The notes below the pieces were generated by a model. It worked only from the letters and a program-made list of their open reading frames with translations, was not told the DNA's origin and made no database searches. Of a DNA stretch of 22,273 bases, positions 8,427-16,586 are shown in pieces (within the stretch, counting starts at the first letter, position 1; each line of letters opens with the position of its first letter). The stretch comes from a virus (taxonomy: Duplodnaviria; Heunggongvirae; Uroviricota; Caudoviricetes): the IMG/VR virus record IMGVR_UViG_638275430_000001, positions 1 through 22,273 of that record; one strand, 5' to 3'. The position numbers and the translations under genes are program-made.

Positions 8427-8894
8427 TCAGCTTTTCTTTTTCTTATCAATCTTTTTTGTCTGTCCAGCGCCCATACCGGTAACAGATCCACTTTTCTCGC
8501 CAGTCGCGATCTTAGTAGCATCGCCACCGCAATCACCCGATACCATTTCGATCAGCTTGTGCAAATCGCTTTCTTCTTCGCACTCAACTAGCGGCATTCG
8601 CGATAGATCCGGCTCGCCGTATTCTTTGATAACAGCATTCCAGCCCATTTTAACTGCAAGCGCAGTTGTCCCAAATCCACCGCTGAATTTCTGAATGGTC
8701 TGTTTGAGACTTCTTACCATACTATGAAATTTCGTATAGTTCGATTTCTCTTTAGGTGTTTCCGGACGTCGCAACACATTGCCTTGATCGTCAATGATAC
8801 CTAGCTTATGCGCTTCCCACTTAGAGAATGATTTCCCAAGTAAAGTCGCTAAACGGTATGCATATACCGCATCCATGATCGTTTTTGCACTCAT
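8427..8894 (-). CDS. Conserved T4-like hypothetical protein between genes 41 and 61, 155 aa
   Basis: Strong RBS GGAGGTG. The motif FSKWEAHKLGIIDDQGNVLR is one I recall from T4-like hypothetical proteins at this locus; function not established. Confidence 0.75.
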   Translation of the reverse strand: MSAKTIMDAVYAYRLATLLGKSFSKWEAHKLGIIDDQGNVLRRPETPKEKSNYTKFHSMVRSLKQTIQKFSGGFGTTALAVKMGWNAVIKEYGEPDLSRMPLVECEEESDLHKLIEMVSGDCGGDATKIATGEKSGSVTGMGAGQTKKIDKKKKS

Positions 8895-8910
8895 AACACC
8901 TCCAAAATCT

Positions 8911-8918
8911 TATTTATG
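8911..8918 (-). promoter_or_regulatory. Candidate T4 late (gp55) promoter
   Basis: CATAAATA (7/8 match to TATAAATA) between a terminator and the RBS of the 155-aa gene. Confidence 0.5.
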
Positions 8919-8937
8919 AAAAGGGGATTAAATCCCC
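8919..8937 (-). terminator. Intrinsic terminator at the end of gene 41
   Basis: GGGGATT-T-AATCCCC (or GGGGAT-TTA-ATCCCC) followed by TTTT. It overlaps the gene 41 stop codon. Confidence 0.7.
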
Positions 8938-10385
8938 CAATCAACCGCGTCGCTTGCATCACCCATCGCGGAGAGTTGATCCATCTTGTTTCGAGTGCTC
9001 AGATCTTTAGCTTTCGCCACATTATCTTTGTGCGTCGCTTGCATACGGTCATTTGCATCATTCAGATTACCACCAAAATTACCATCCGGTTCATGCCAAC
9101 GCTGCTTGCCCTTGTCAACGCATAGATTAAAGCGTGAAAACTTGTTCTTGTCGCCATAACGGGACTTGATCTGCTTCATCAGTTGTTGACCGATTTCGGC
9201 GAGTTCGTCTGTTTCCATAGCAGCAAGAATAAAGTCGGCAGTAGCAGCAAGACCAGCAGATTCTGCAATGTCTGACATACTGATATCAGAACTATCCCAG
9301 CCACCACGAGTTGTTTGCGCAGCAGACCACACAACAACGTTATGCTCTACCGCAAAGCCACGCAGCTCCTCGGCGATTGCTTTAACGAGTGTATAGCTAT
9401 TCTCAGAATAAGCAGTCATACGCTTGGAGCACATGATACCGAGATAATCCACGATAACGATATCTGGCTTGAACCCTTTCTTGATCTGCAAATCTGCCAT
9501 CAAGTTGTTCAAGTGGTTGACGTTAGCCGCACCAGTTGGGAATTGCTTGACAACGAGCTTACCGCAGTTTTTCTGTTTCAGTGCGCCAAATCGACGCATA
9601 AAATCAGACTCGGAGATCAAGCCGTCATCGATATCATCCAAGCTAACATCAAGCAAGTTGGCATCGATACGTTTACCACATACTTCTTCGCCCATTTCCA
9701 TGGACACGTAAAGCACGTTATAACCCTGTAACAGATACTCACAAGCTAAGTGACACAGACCCAGAGACTTACCGACGTTAACACCAGCAAGAATCAAGTT
9801 TAGTGTTTTACGCTCGACCCCACCTTTGGTGATTGTATTCAGAATCTTTGTCAAGAAGGAAATCTTCTTAGTTTTCATTCTATAGCTTTGAAAACGGGAT
9901 TCTACATCATCAAAGTAATCGTGGCCGATTGCAATGTTAAATGCTACGGCAAGCGCGTTTTTCATCAAATCAGGAATCGCACCGATATCGGAAATCCGCT
10001 TGTCTCGTTCATCAAGTGGTTTAGCGTGATTCTCTTGAATCCGAATCGCTTCGGACAAAGCGTTGTGCATCGCCCTTTCTTGACAATATTTCTCAGTTTC
10101 AGCAAGCAGCCAGGCGAGATCTTCTGGTACACCAGTGAGTTCGGCAATACCGGAATAGGCTTCATCAAACTCAACTTGCGCGATACCGGAGCGTTTCTCT
10201 AGTGCAATCACCAGCGCGTTGTGAGTCGGGATAGTCTTGTATTCGTTGTAATGCTTTTGAATCAGTTCGAAAATGATCCGAATCGGTCCCCTCGGAAAAT
10301 ACTCCGATTTCAGGAATGGGAAGACTTGGCGAAAGTATTCCTCAGAAACAAGGAGATTCGTGAGAATAGATTGTTCGATTGACAT
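8928..10385 (-). CDS. 41: Replicative DnaB-like helicase gp41, 485 aa
   Basis: Walker A AGVNVGKS, VSMEM, IVIVDYLGI, AAQTTR, ESAGLAATADF, and KSRYGD. Confidence 0.97.
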   Translation of the reverse strand: MSIEQSILTNLLVSEEYFRQVFPFLKSEYFPRGPIRIIFELIQKHYNEYKTIPTHNALVIALEKRSGIAQVEFDEAYSGIAELTGVPEDLAWLLAETEKYCQERAMHNALSEAIRIQENHAKPLDERDKRISDIGAIPDLMKNALAVAFNIAIGHDYFDDVESRFQSYRMKTKKISFLTKILNTITKGGVERKTLNLILAGVNVGKSLGLCHLACEYLLQGYNVLYVSMEMGEEVCGKRIDANLLDVSLDDIDDGLISESDFMRRFGALKQKNCGKLVVKQFPTGAANVNHLNNLMADLQIKKGFKPDIVIVDYLGIMCSKRMTAYSENSYTLVKAIAEELRGFAVEHNVVVWSAAQTTRGGWDSSDISMSDIAESAGLAATADFILAAMETDELAEIGQQLMKQIKSRYGDKNKFSRFNLCVDKGKQRWHEPDGNFGGNLNDANDRMQATHKDNVAKAKDLSTRNKMDQLSAMGDASDAVDWGI

Positions 10386-10627
10386 TCTTTGCCTTCTGTG
10401 ATTTGCGCTTGTATAGCGGCTTGAACATGTTTAAATAATTCATCTTTCATTATCTCTTCTTCACTATGAGGAGTAGACCAGTCTATATGGACTTGTCCGT
10501 CTTTGTACGTCAGTTCGTGAATATACGCTAGAAAGGGCTCGCCGTCAACTAGAATAACAAGCTCTTGTTTTACGTCCTTCAACGCTTCTTCTAAAACGTC
10601 TCGATAATTTCTTTCTTTGGCTTCCAT
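10310..10627 (-). CDS. 40: Head vertex assembly chaperone gp40, 105 aa
   Basis: Resembles T4 gp40 (QELVI..DG....YI..L.YKDG.V..D...HV..AI..Q); position between uvsX and 41. Confidence 0.85.
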   Translation of the reverse strand: MEAKERNYRDVLEEALKDVKQELVILVDGEPFLAYIHELTYKDGQVHIDWSTPHSEEEIMKDELFKHVQAAIQAQITEGKECQSNNLFSRISLFLRNTFAKSSHS

Positions 10628-11316
10628 TGGTGTCTCCGTTTGCTCTGATATTTCCAGCTCTTTTCAACAGATCGACCTGCATTGTCCCACCAAGCTTCGC
10701 GATGCATGAAAGCATCTACCAGATCGTTACGACGAATTTGCGGAACGGGGATATCGCACCACGGCTCAAGACACTGATCATAGATACCGTCGTCGTAATA
10801 CTCCATATCCAGCTCGCGCTCATAATCGCTATAGCTGAGGTCTTGCTTGCGCTTCGATTCAGTATAGGCAAAGAACTTACCAAAAATGTGACGATTGCGG
10901 CTACCATAAGCATGTTTACGAGCGCCACGATCATTCCACTGTCGAGTCTTTGGCTTAACTTGTTTGTCGTATTCACGCAAGATCAGAACAGGGTCAACAA
11001 CTTTGTCCATGTCGCCTAGAATGATACCAGCGCAGGTACTAAACCCCTTGAAAATATCAAACCAGCTTTCTCGTCCAGAATAGTTACACTTAGCATGAAC
11101 AAACCCAGTCAGACGATATCCGTTGTGAATGTGAAATCCGTTTTTATCGATGCCGTCGCGAATCTCGTGGTAATGCTTAGAGTAAGTACCAACATGCATA
11201 CTTGTTCCGAACTTCCACAAGCGATTTGTAGACTTAACCAGATTGATAAGCTTATCATCGCGACGCTCGCCGTTTGCAAACACCGCAGTGTGAACTTTTT
11301 GCAGATCGATTTTCAT
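10591..11316 (-). CDS. Hypothetical protein, ~241 aa (start MKIDLQ)
   Basis: Long co-oriented ORF with RBS AAGGAGAG and an upstream promoter candidate. No catalytic motif recognised. Confidence 0.75.
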   Translation of the reverse strand: MKIDLQKVHTAVFANGERRDDKLINLVKSTNRLWKFGTSMHVGTYSKHYHEIRDGIDKNGFHIHNGYRLTGFVHAKCNYSGRESWFDIFKGFSTCAGIILGDMDKVVDPVLILREYDKQVKPKTRQWNDRGARKHAYGSRNRHIFGKFFAYTESKRKQDLSYSDYERELDMEYYDDGIYDQCLEPWCDIPVPQIRRNDLVDAFMHREAWWDNAGRSVEKSWKYQSKRRHQWKPKKEIIETF

Positions 11317-11341
11317 AATCTCTCCTTGATAAGATAGCACC

Positions 11342-11370
11342 AGATTATCAGAGTCTTACATAAAAGTAAA
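11342..11370 (-). promoter_or_regulatory. Candidate early promoter for the 241-aa gene and genes 40/41
   Basis: TTTACT, 17 bp, TAATCT with an extended -10 TG. Confidence 0.5.
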
Positions 11371-11390
11371 GAGGGCTTTCGCCCTCTTTT
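11368..11390 (-). terminator. Intrinsic terminator after uvsX (possibly bidirectional)
   Basis: AAAGAGGGC-GAAA-GCCCTCTTT, a 9-bp stem with a GNRA loop, followed by ACTTTT. Confidence 0.8.
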
Positions 11391-11395
11391 GTGTT

Positions 11396-12631
11396 TTAGT
11401 CTAGATTAGCGAACAGTTCGTCGGAATCAGAGCCTTCTACGTCCACTTCTTCCAGTTGATCGATTTCTTCTTGATCAGCGGTATCAAGTTTTCGTCCCAT
11501 GTTAACAGGCATTTCAGCTTCACCGCTAAACAGTTCATCAACTTCATCAAAAACTTCGTCTTTGACTGCAACTGATTTCAGTTTAAACATGTCGGAACAT
11601 GCTGTCTTGAACGGCTGGTGCGCAAACATAGGCTTCCAGAATTCCAGACAGTTTGTGTCAGCACGACGCCACTTGCGATCTTCTTCAACCAGCTCGCCGG
11701 TTTCTTCGTCCAAGAATGCACGACTAAACCACCCGTTAGACGGTTTAACAACGAAACCAACTTCCAGTGCAATGTCAAGCATACCGGAGTATGTGTTAAT
11801 ACCACCTTGGAAAGTCACTTCTAGCGGCAGTTTGCTTTGCTCTTTGACGAAACGGGATTTCTCCATGTTCAGCACAAAGTTATAACCCAGCAGTTCTTTG
11901 CCGTCTTTCTCTTGTTGACGACCGATAATGATAACGGTGTCGGAAGAGTAAGTTATACCAGTACCACCGGAAACGACTTTCTTGGAGTACATTTCTTGGG
12001 TATCGTAGGTATGTGCAACCATGATCGCAGGAATATCATTTACTGTCAAGTAAGGAGTCATCATTCGTGTCAAAGACTTGATCTGTTTTGCGCGAGTCAT
12101 ATCCGATACAGATTTTTCGTCAATCGCATCGTCAATCTCTTTCTTAGAAGCAGCGTTGCCAATTGAGTCAACAAACACGATAACACGGTCACCGCGCTCA
12201 ATCGCTTCCAGCTTCTTGACGATATCGAATTTCAATTCTTCGATGTTCTTGAACGGACAATGAATAACACGGGAGATATCTACGCCCTGCGATTCAAAAT
12301 AACCAGGAGTTGAGCCGAATTCGTTATCAAAGAAAATACATACCGCGTCTGGATATTTGCGCAGATAAGCAGCGACGAATACCAGAGACAGGTTAGATTT
12401 AAAGTGCTTTGATGGACCAGCTAATACAGTCAATCCGGGGGTAAGACCACCGTCCAATTCACCGCTCATTGCCAAGTTAAGCAATGGAACTCGGGTTCGA
12501 ACACAATCTTTATCATTGAAGAATTTACTATCTGCCAGAACAGAACTCATTTTATTACTTGAGGTGCCTGCCAGTTTAGACATCAGACTTCCTAAGTTAC
12601 CGGTTTTCGCAGTTTTAATACCTTTCGCCAT
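11396..12631 (-). CDS. uvsX: UvsX RecA-like recombinase (411 aa, or 395 aa from an alternative ATG at 12583)
   Basis: Walker A AGPSKHFKS, FFDNEFG, VFVDSIGN, VSGGTGITYS, and an acidic C-terminal tail. Confidence 0.97.
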   Translation of the reverse strand: MAKGIKTAKTGNLGSLMSKLAGTSSNKMSSVLADSKFFNDKDCVRTRVPLLNLAMSGELDGGLTPGLTVLAGPSKHFKSNLSLVFVAAYLRKYPDAVCIFFDNEFGSTPGYFESQGVDISRVIHCPFKNIEELKFDIVKKLEAIERGDRVIVFVDSIGNAASKKEIDDAIDEKSVSDMTRAKQIKSLTRMMTPYLTVNDIPAIMVAHTYDTQEMYSKKVVSGGTGITYSSDTVIIIGRQQEKDGKELLGYNFVLNMEKSRFVKEQSKLPLEVTFQGGINTYSGMLDIALEVGFVVKPSNGWFSRAFLDEETGELVEEDRKWRRADTNCLEFWKPMFAHQPFKTACSDMFKLKSVAVKDEVFDEVDELFSGEAEMPVNMGRKLDTADQEEIDQLEEVDVEGSDSDELFANLD

Positions 12632-12709
12632 TTTTCAGTTTTGCCTCTTGTTACGATTTTAGATTTCATAACAATCATTTTTATTCTCTCACCTCACTAA
12701 TATGGGGCT

Positions 12710-12738
12710 ATTATCTCATAGCCCCTCTGATTTATAAA
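12710..12738 (-). promoter_or_regulatory. Candidate early-type promoter upstream of uvsX
   Basis: (G)TTTATA, 17 bp, GATAAT with an extended -10 TG. The -10 lies over the loop of the inverted repeat at 12704-12725. Confidence 0.45.
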
Positions 12739-12739
12739 C

Positions 12740-15499
12740 TTACATGTCGCCAAAAAGATCAGACAGACTAGCTACTTTCTCGGTTTCCCAGCCAATCGCA
12801 CTACAGATATTTTCGAGCGGTTTCAGGTAATGTTTTTGATACATGCCCATGAAATCGAGATATTTAGACAAATCAAGATTGAAATCATCTGGAATCTTAT
12901 CACCACTCGGGAAAGCAAGCACAGGTGAATGAATATGATTCGGCTCTTTCAGCATCACGATCTGAATTTTTTCACCACTTCGAATCATGTCAAGGTTTCG
13001 CTGCTCGGCTACTTTGTTGTAAGCGAGTGCTCCCTTGATGTGACCTGGACAACCTTTGACTGGTACCCAGTTGTTGTGGTTCTTTTCGATGTTGTTTGCA
13101 CTCGACACACTAGCAATATCTCGGTAATCGCGCTTGGGATACTCGGCCTTGACTTCCTTAACGTAGTCTTGCATTGCCTGTTCACCCTTGGTCAGGATTA
13201 GCTTGATACTCTTCTCCAGCGATTTGCCAGCGAATACCGGGGTACTCGAACGTTGAGTTTCAATGCCCATGATCTTCAACTTCGGAACAACGTTACCGTG
13301 TTCGTCAAGCTTGCGCTTACCTTCTGAGTCCCACACATTAGCAGCGTACCGCTTTTTCGCAGTCCAGAAAGCAGTATCAGCGATGATTTCTCGGTCCATG
13401 AACAGCTTGTGATCATAACACTGGACATATTCTGCGAGTTCGCGATAGCTCTGATCGATATACGGCTCGCACTTCTCTTTAGCAAACTTGGACAGAAAAT
13501 CTACCCAACGAATAGTTTCAATGTCACCGACTTGAATACCCTTCTTCGCTGCCATGATATTGACGAACTTTTCAAACGTCAGATAAATGGAGTCAGTATC
13601 GCCGTAAACGACATAATCCACATCTTTGGTCTGACACAGTGCATTCATATATTCATTCATCTTCCTCATGATCCAGCGAATCGCAAATTGACCACTCATG
13701 GTAATCGCTTCTGCATTTCGAACGTCATAATAACGGAAGTGTTCGTTGCCCAATGCGCCATAAAGTGAGTTGATAAGTACCTTACGAGCTTGTTGGTTAA
13801 CGTTTTCGAGTTTCTCCATGAATCGGCAGTAATCGACGATGCCATGTAGAGATTCGTTGTTGAACGTTTTCAGATTCGCGATGAAATTATCAAACGTTTC
13901 TCCCTTGATAGAGAGATCAATGCCGTGTGCGTCGAAATCAATATCGGTATCTGCGATGTTATTATCTTTGCGGTCAACGATTGTATCCCAAGCGATTGTC
14001 GCGATCTTATCTGCTGTAAACTCTGCATTCTTCGCGGCTTTACGTTGCAAGAACACCTTTTCGATTTCAGTGGGGATAATGCCACGTTTCTTTCTGGTAT
14101 AACGCATCCCGTTAGCAGCGAATGAAAGATCGTCATTCGGTACTTGGAATTGTTTGTCAACGAGTCCCATGCCAACGATATCTGGTACCATGCGGTCTTT
14201 CACGAACACGCGAGGAACATCATAGCAATCAATAATCGTCTCTGGGCTAATGTTCCAACCCATGATCAAATGTGGATACAGGGATGTTAAGTCGAAACTC
14301 AGAATCCAGCGATAAAATGCCGTAACTGGGTCTTTAACAAACGCGCCTGCATACTTGACTTTTGATGTACGCTTGTTTTCTGGTACAACAATGCCTTGCA
14401 CAATCAGACTGTTATGGATGATCGCGTCCCAAGTCTTCAAGGGACTAAAGGTGTTGTTATAGTTGATCTTTGCGTAATAGCTTACGCTAGTAATCAGCGC
14501 CATCAACGACAAACGAGCGTCAAGTTTAACCAACAAATCAACGTCTCGGATAAGATAGTCGATATATTTTTGCGGATTCTTCTGACTGAATGCCAAGTAT
14601 GTTTTCTCGGTAAGCTCCAGCTTTTTCATGCCGAGTTCAATCTGACCGATGTAATCTAACTTGTAAGTCGGACGAGTCTTAAACGTGAATTTCTTGTAAG
14701 CCGCCATGTAATCCAGACAAGCAATGCCAAGCAGTTCATACGTCACGATCTCTTCGGCTTCGTCACCTTCGTCGTCATCCTTATAAACGGTACGCTCGAT
14801 GATTTGCTCCCAAGGACTAAGCTTGTTCGCGTATACGTCACCGAGAACTTTACGATACCGATTTACGATATAACGCAAGTCGAACATTTCAGAGTTCCAA
14901 CCGGAGAATACATCCGGGGTGTTATCTCTAAAGAATTTGAGATACCGAATCAAAAGCTCTCGCTCAGACTCACAGAACACGTAATCCACGCGATCTAAGA
15001 TATCAACAGCGTTACCCTTGTCGTCTTTGTCTAGAATTGATTTGGCCTTGTCCCACGGACGTGTAGTAAACAGTGAATACCGTTTGCGTTTCGTGCTGTA
15101 GTGACAGATGCCGTCGATTTCCCAGTCACAAATATGGGGTTCGGGGAATGGTCCGTCAGTCGGGACCTCGATATCCACAAACGCAATGTCAATTTGCTCA
15201 TATTTGAACGAAACAGGACCGCTATAGGTGTGATACAGATACTGGAGAACAAAATCGTCCATGCCAAGTGGCTCGCGATTGATGTCTCTCATGTCTTTCA
15301 TCCAGCGCCTGGCATCGCCAATGCTATCGAAATCAACTGCCGTCGCTGACTTTCCGTAAATGTCTTTCAGTTCGCCGTTATTGCTATGCTTGTATAGCGT
15401 TGGGCCAAAGTTAACTTTTCGACTTCGACTGATACCGTTATCATCTACATAACGTTCCAGCACTGTATTGCCTTGAATACATACGTTGGTATAAAACAA
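12740..15499 (-). CDS. 43: Family B DNA polymerase gp43, 919 aa, unsplit, TTG start
   Basis: Exonuclease motifs DIEV, NSEMFD, YLIRD and polymerase motifs DLTSLYP, KVLINSLYG, YGDTDS, KKRYA. C-terminal clamp-binding-like SLSDLF. SD GAGGT 7 nt before the TTG. Confidence 0.98.
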   Translation of the reverse strand: MFYTNVCIQGNTVLERYVDDNGISRSRKVNFGPTLYKHSNNGELKDIYGKSATAVDFDSIGDARRWMKDMRDINREPLGMDDFVLQYLYHTYSGPVSFKYEQIDIAFVDIEVPTDGPFPEPHICDWEIDGICHYSTKRKRYSLFTTRPWDKAKSILDKDDKGNAVDILDRVDYVFCESERELLIRYLKFFRDNTPDVFSGWNSEMFDLRYIVNRYRKVLGDVYANKLSPWEQIIERTVYKDDDEGDEAEEIVTYELLGIACLDYMAAYKKFTFKTRPTYKLDYIGQIELGMKKLELTEKTYLAFSQKNPQKYIDYLIRDVDLLVKLDARLSLMALITSVSYYAKINYNNTFSPLKTWDAIIHNSLIVQGIVVPENKRTSKVKYAGAFVKDPVTAFYRWILSFDLTSLYPHLIMGWNISPETIIDCYDVPRVFVKDRMVPDIVGMGLVDKQFQVPNDDLSFAANGMRYTRKKRGIIPTEIEKVFLQRKAAKNAEFTADKIATIAWDTIVDRKDNNIADTDIDFDAHGIDLSIKGETFDNFIANLKTFNNESLHGIVDYCRFMEKLENVNQQARKVLINSLYGALGNEHFRYYDVRNAEAITMSGQFAIRWIMRKMNEYMNALCQTKDVDYVVYGDTDSIYLTFEKFVNIMAAKKGIQVGDIETIRWVDFLSKFAKEKCEPYIDQSYRELAEYVQCYDHKLFMDREIIADTAFWTAKKRYAANVWDSEGKRKLDEHGNVVPKLKIMGIETQRSSTPVFAGKSLEKSIKLILTKGEQAMQDYVKEVKAEYPKRDYRDIASVSSANNIEKNHNNWVPVKGCPGHIKGALAYNKVAEQRNLDMIRSGEKIQIVMLKEPNHIHSPVLAFPSGDKIPDDFNLDLSKYLDFMGMYQKHYLKPLENICSAIGWETEKVASLSDLFGDM

Positions 15500-15584
15500 A
15501 CTTACTACCTCTTGTCAGTGCGCCTTTCAGGGGTCGCATCTTAGGTGAAACATTCATAATAAACCTCTCACAAAATGAAAGTTG

Positions 15585-15613
15585 ATTATAAATGCGCTCT
15601 CGATTGTTGTCAA
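15585..15613 (-). promoter_or_regulatory. Perfect sigma70 consensus promoter for gene 43
   Basis: TTGACA (15608-15613), 17 bp, TATAAT (15585-15590). Confidence 0.85.
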
Positions 15614-15626
15614 GAGCGCGTTTGTA

Positions 15627-15995
15627 TTAAGAGCCGAACTTGTACTTGTGCACCAGAGTCCAGTTTGCCTTGTCTTTGTGGGAGATCACGCGGAAGAAGT
15701 TATTGCCTGGTGCGTTGTGCTCACTCACGATATCACACATTCCCCATTCTTTCAGCAACACCGCGATATCGTTACGACGGTCGATATCTTCTTGGCTGAT
15801 TTCTACTTGACGGCCATCAAGCTGGAGCAGTTCCTTGAAGTGAACGATGTAATACTTGCCTTGTTTTTGCAGAATGTGGCAGCTTTGATACAGTCGCTTT
15901 TCTACGTTGTTCGCGATACCGATACGGGTCAGAGTTTCGCGGATTTTCAGGAAGTCTTCGTCTTTCTTGAGTTGAATTTGCAGCATCATTTTCAT
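15627..15995 (-). CDS. regA: RegA translational repressor, 122 aa
   Basis: Close to T4 RegA: FLKIRETLTRIGIAN, LYQSCHILQK.G.YYIVHFKE..LDGRQV. Confidence 0.97.
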   Translation of the reverse strand: MKMMLQIQLKKDEDFLKIRETLTRIGIANNVEKRLYQSCHILQKQGKYYIVHFKELLQLDGRQVEISQEDIDRRNDIAVLLKEWGMCDIVSEHNAPGNNFFRVISHKDKANWTLVHKYKFGS

Positions 15996-16004
15996 TATGT
16001 CCTT

Positions 16005-16586
16005 TTACCAAGATCGGATAGCGCGTTGAATTTTTTCGCGCTCAGTTTTAGTTGGGATAACAGTCAAGCAACGGGCGTTGACGTCAGTAACGGTTGGAGA
16101 AAACATTTTCTTTAACCGTTTGATTTGTTCATCAGAGAAATAATCAATATATTCTCTGGCTCGTGGAATCGAGACTTCGTAATAATCAGAAACAAGGTAT
16201 TCGAATACTCTTTGTTCCCAATCGTCCGTGAGTTTAGCGAACTTTACTTTCGGGAGACTACACTGCCGAACAGTAAAATACAGATAGTCATAATGCATCT
16301 GATCGCTAATAAACCCTTCCATAGAATTCAGTTCAGAAGCATAGCCACTCATGGTAACATGCTGGGACAGAGCGTTATTTATTGCATGTTGATCGTAATC
16401 GGAGAATCGATCAACAGTGCCGTGTCCCTGCTTCTTTGTAACGTTGTCGATTATTTCAAACAGTGATTGTTCAGCTGGTACCTTAAACTGCTTGGCCAGC
16501 TCTTTTACAGCGTTCCAGTCTTTGGAACGCCATGCAATCTCATGCTCGTTTAAATCTTCTTCGTCCATAAAACAGGCGAGAGACAT
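16005..16586 (-). CDS. 62: Clamp loader small subunit gp62, 193 aa
   Basis: NEHEIAW.SKDW, LFEIIDN.T, INNALSQH and MHYDYL resemble T4 gp62; position between 44 and regA. Confidence 0.92.
   Translation of the reverse strand: MSLACFMDEEDLNEHEIAWRSKDWNAVKELAKQFKVPAEQSLFEIIDNVTKKQGHGTVDRFSDYDQHAINNALSQHVTMSGYASELNSMEGFISDQMHYDYLYFTVRQCSLPKVKFAKLTDDWEQRVFEYLVSDYYEVSIPRAREYIDYFSDEQIKRLKKMFSPTVTDVNARCLTVIPTKTEREKIQRAIRSW

Noticed and set aside
10310-10385. 76-nt overlap of genes 40 and 41
   Set aside because: A short C-terminal run-on with no slippery site or structure seen; overlaps are common in this cluster.
12730-12737. TATAAATC as a late promoter for uvsX
   Set aside because: It mismatches the consensus and overlaps a better-spaced early-type -35. 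The two cannot be distinguished from sequence alone.
13760-14050. Possible intein or split in the gene 43 fingers region
   Set aside because: The ORF is continuous, its length is near T4/RB69 gp43, and I saw no intein splice motifs or endonuclease domain.
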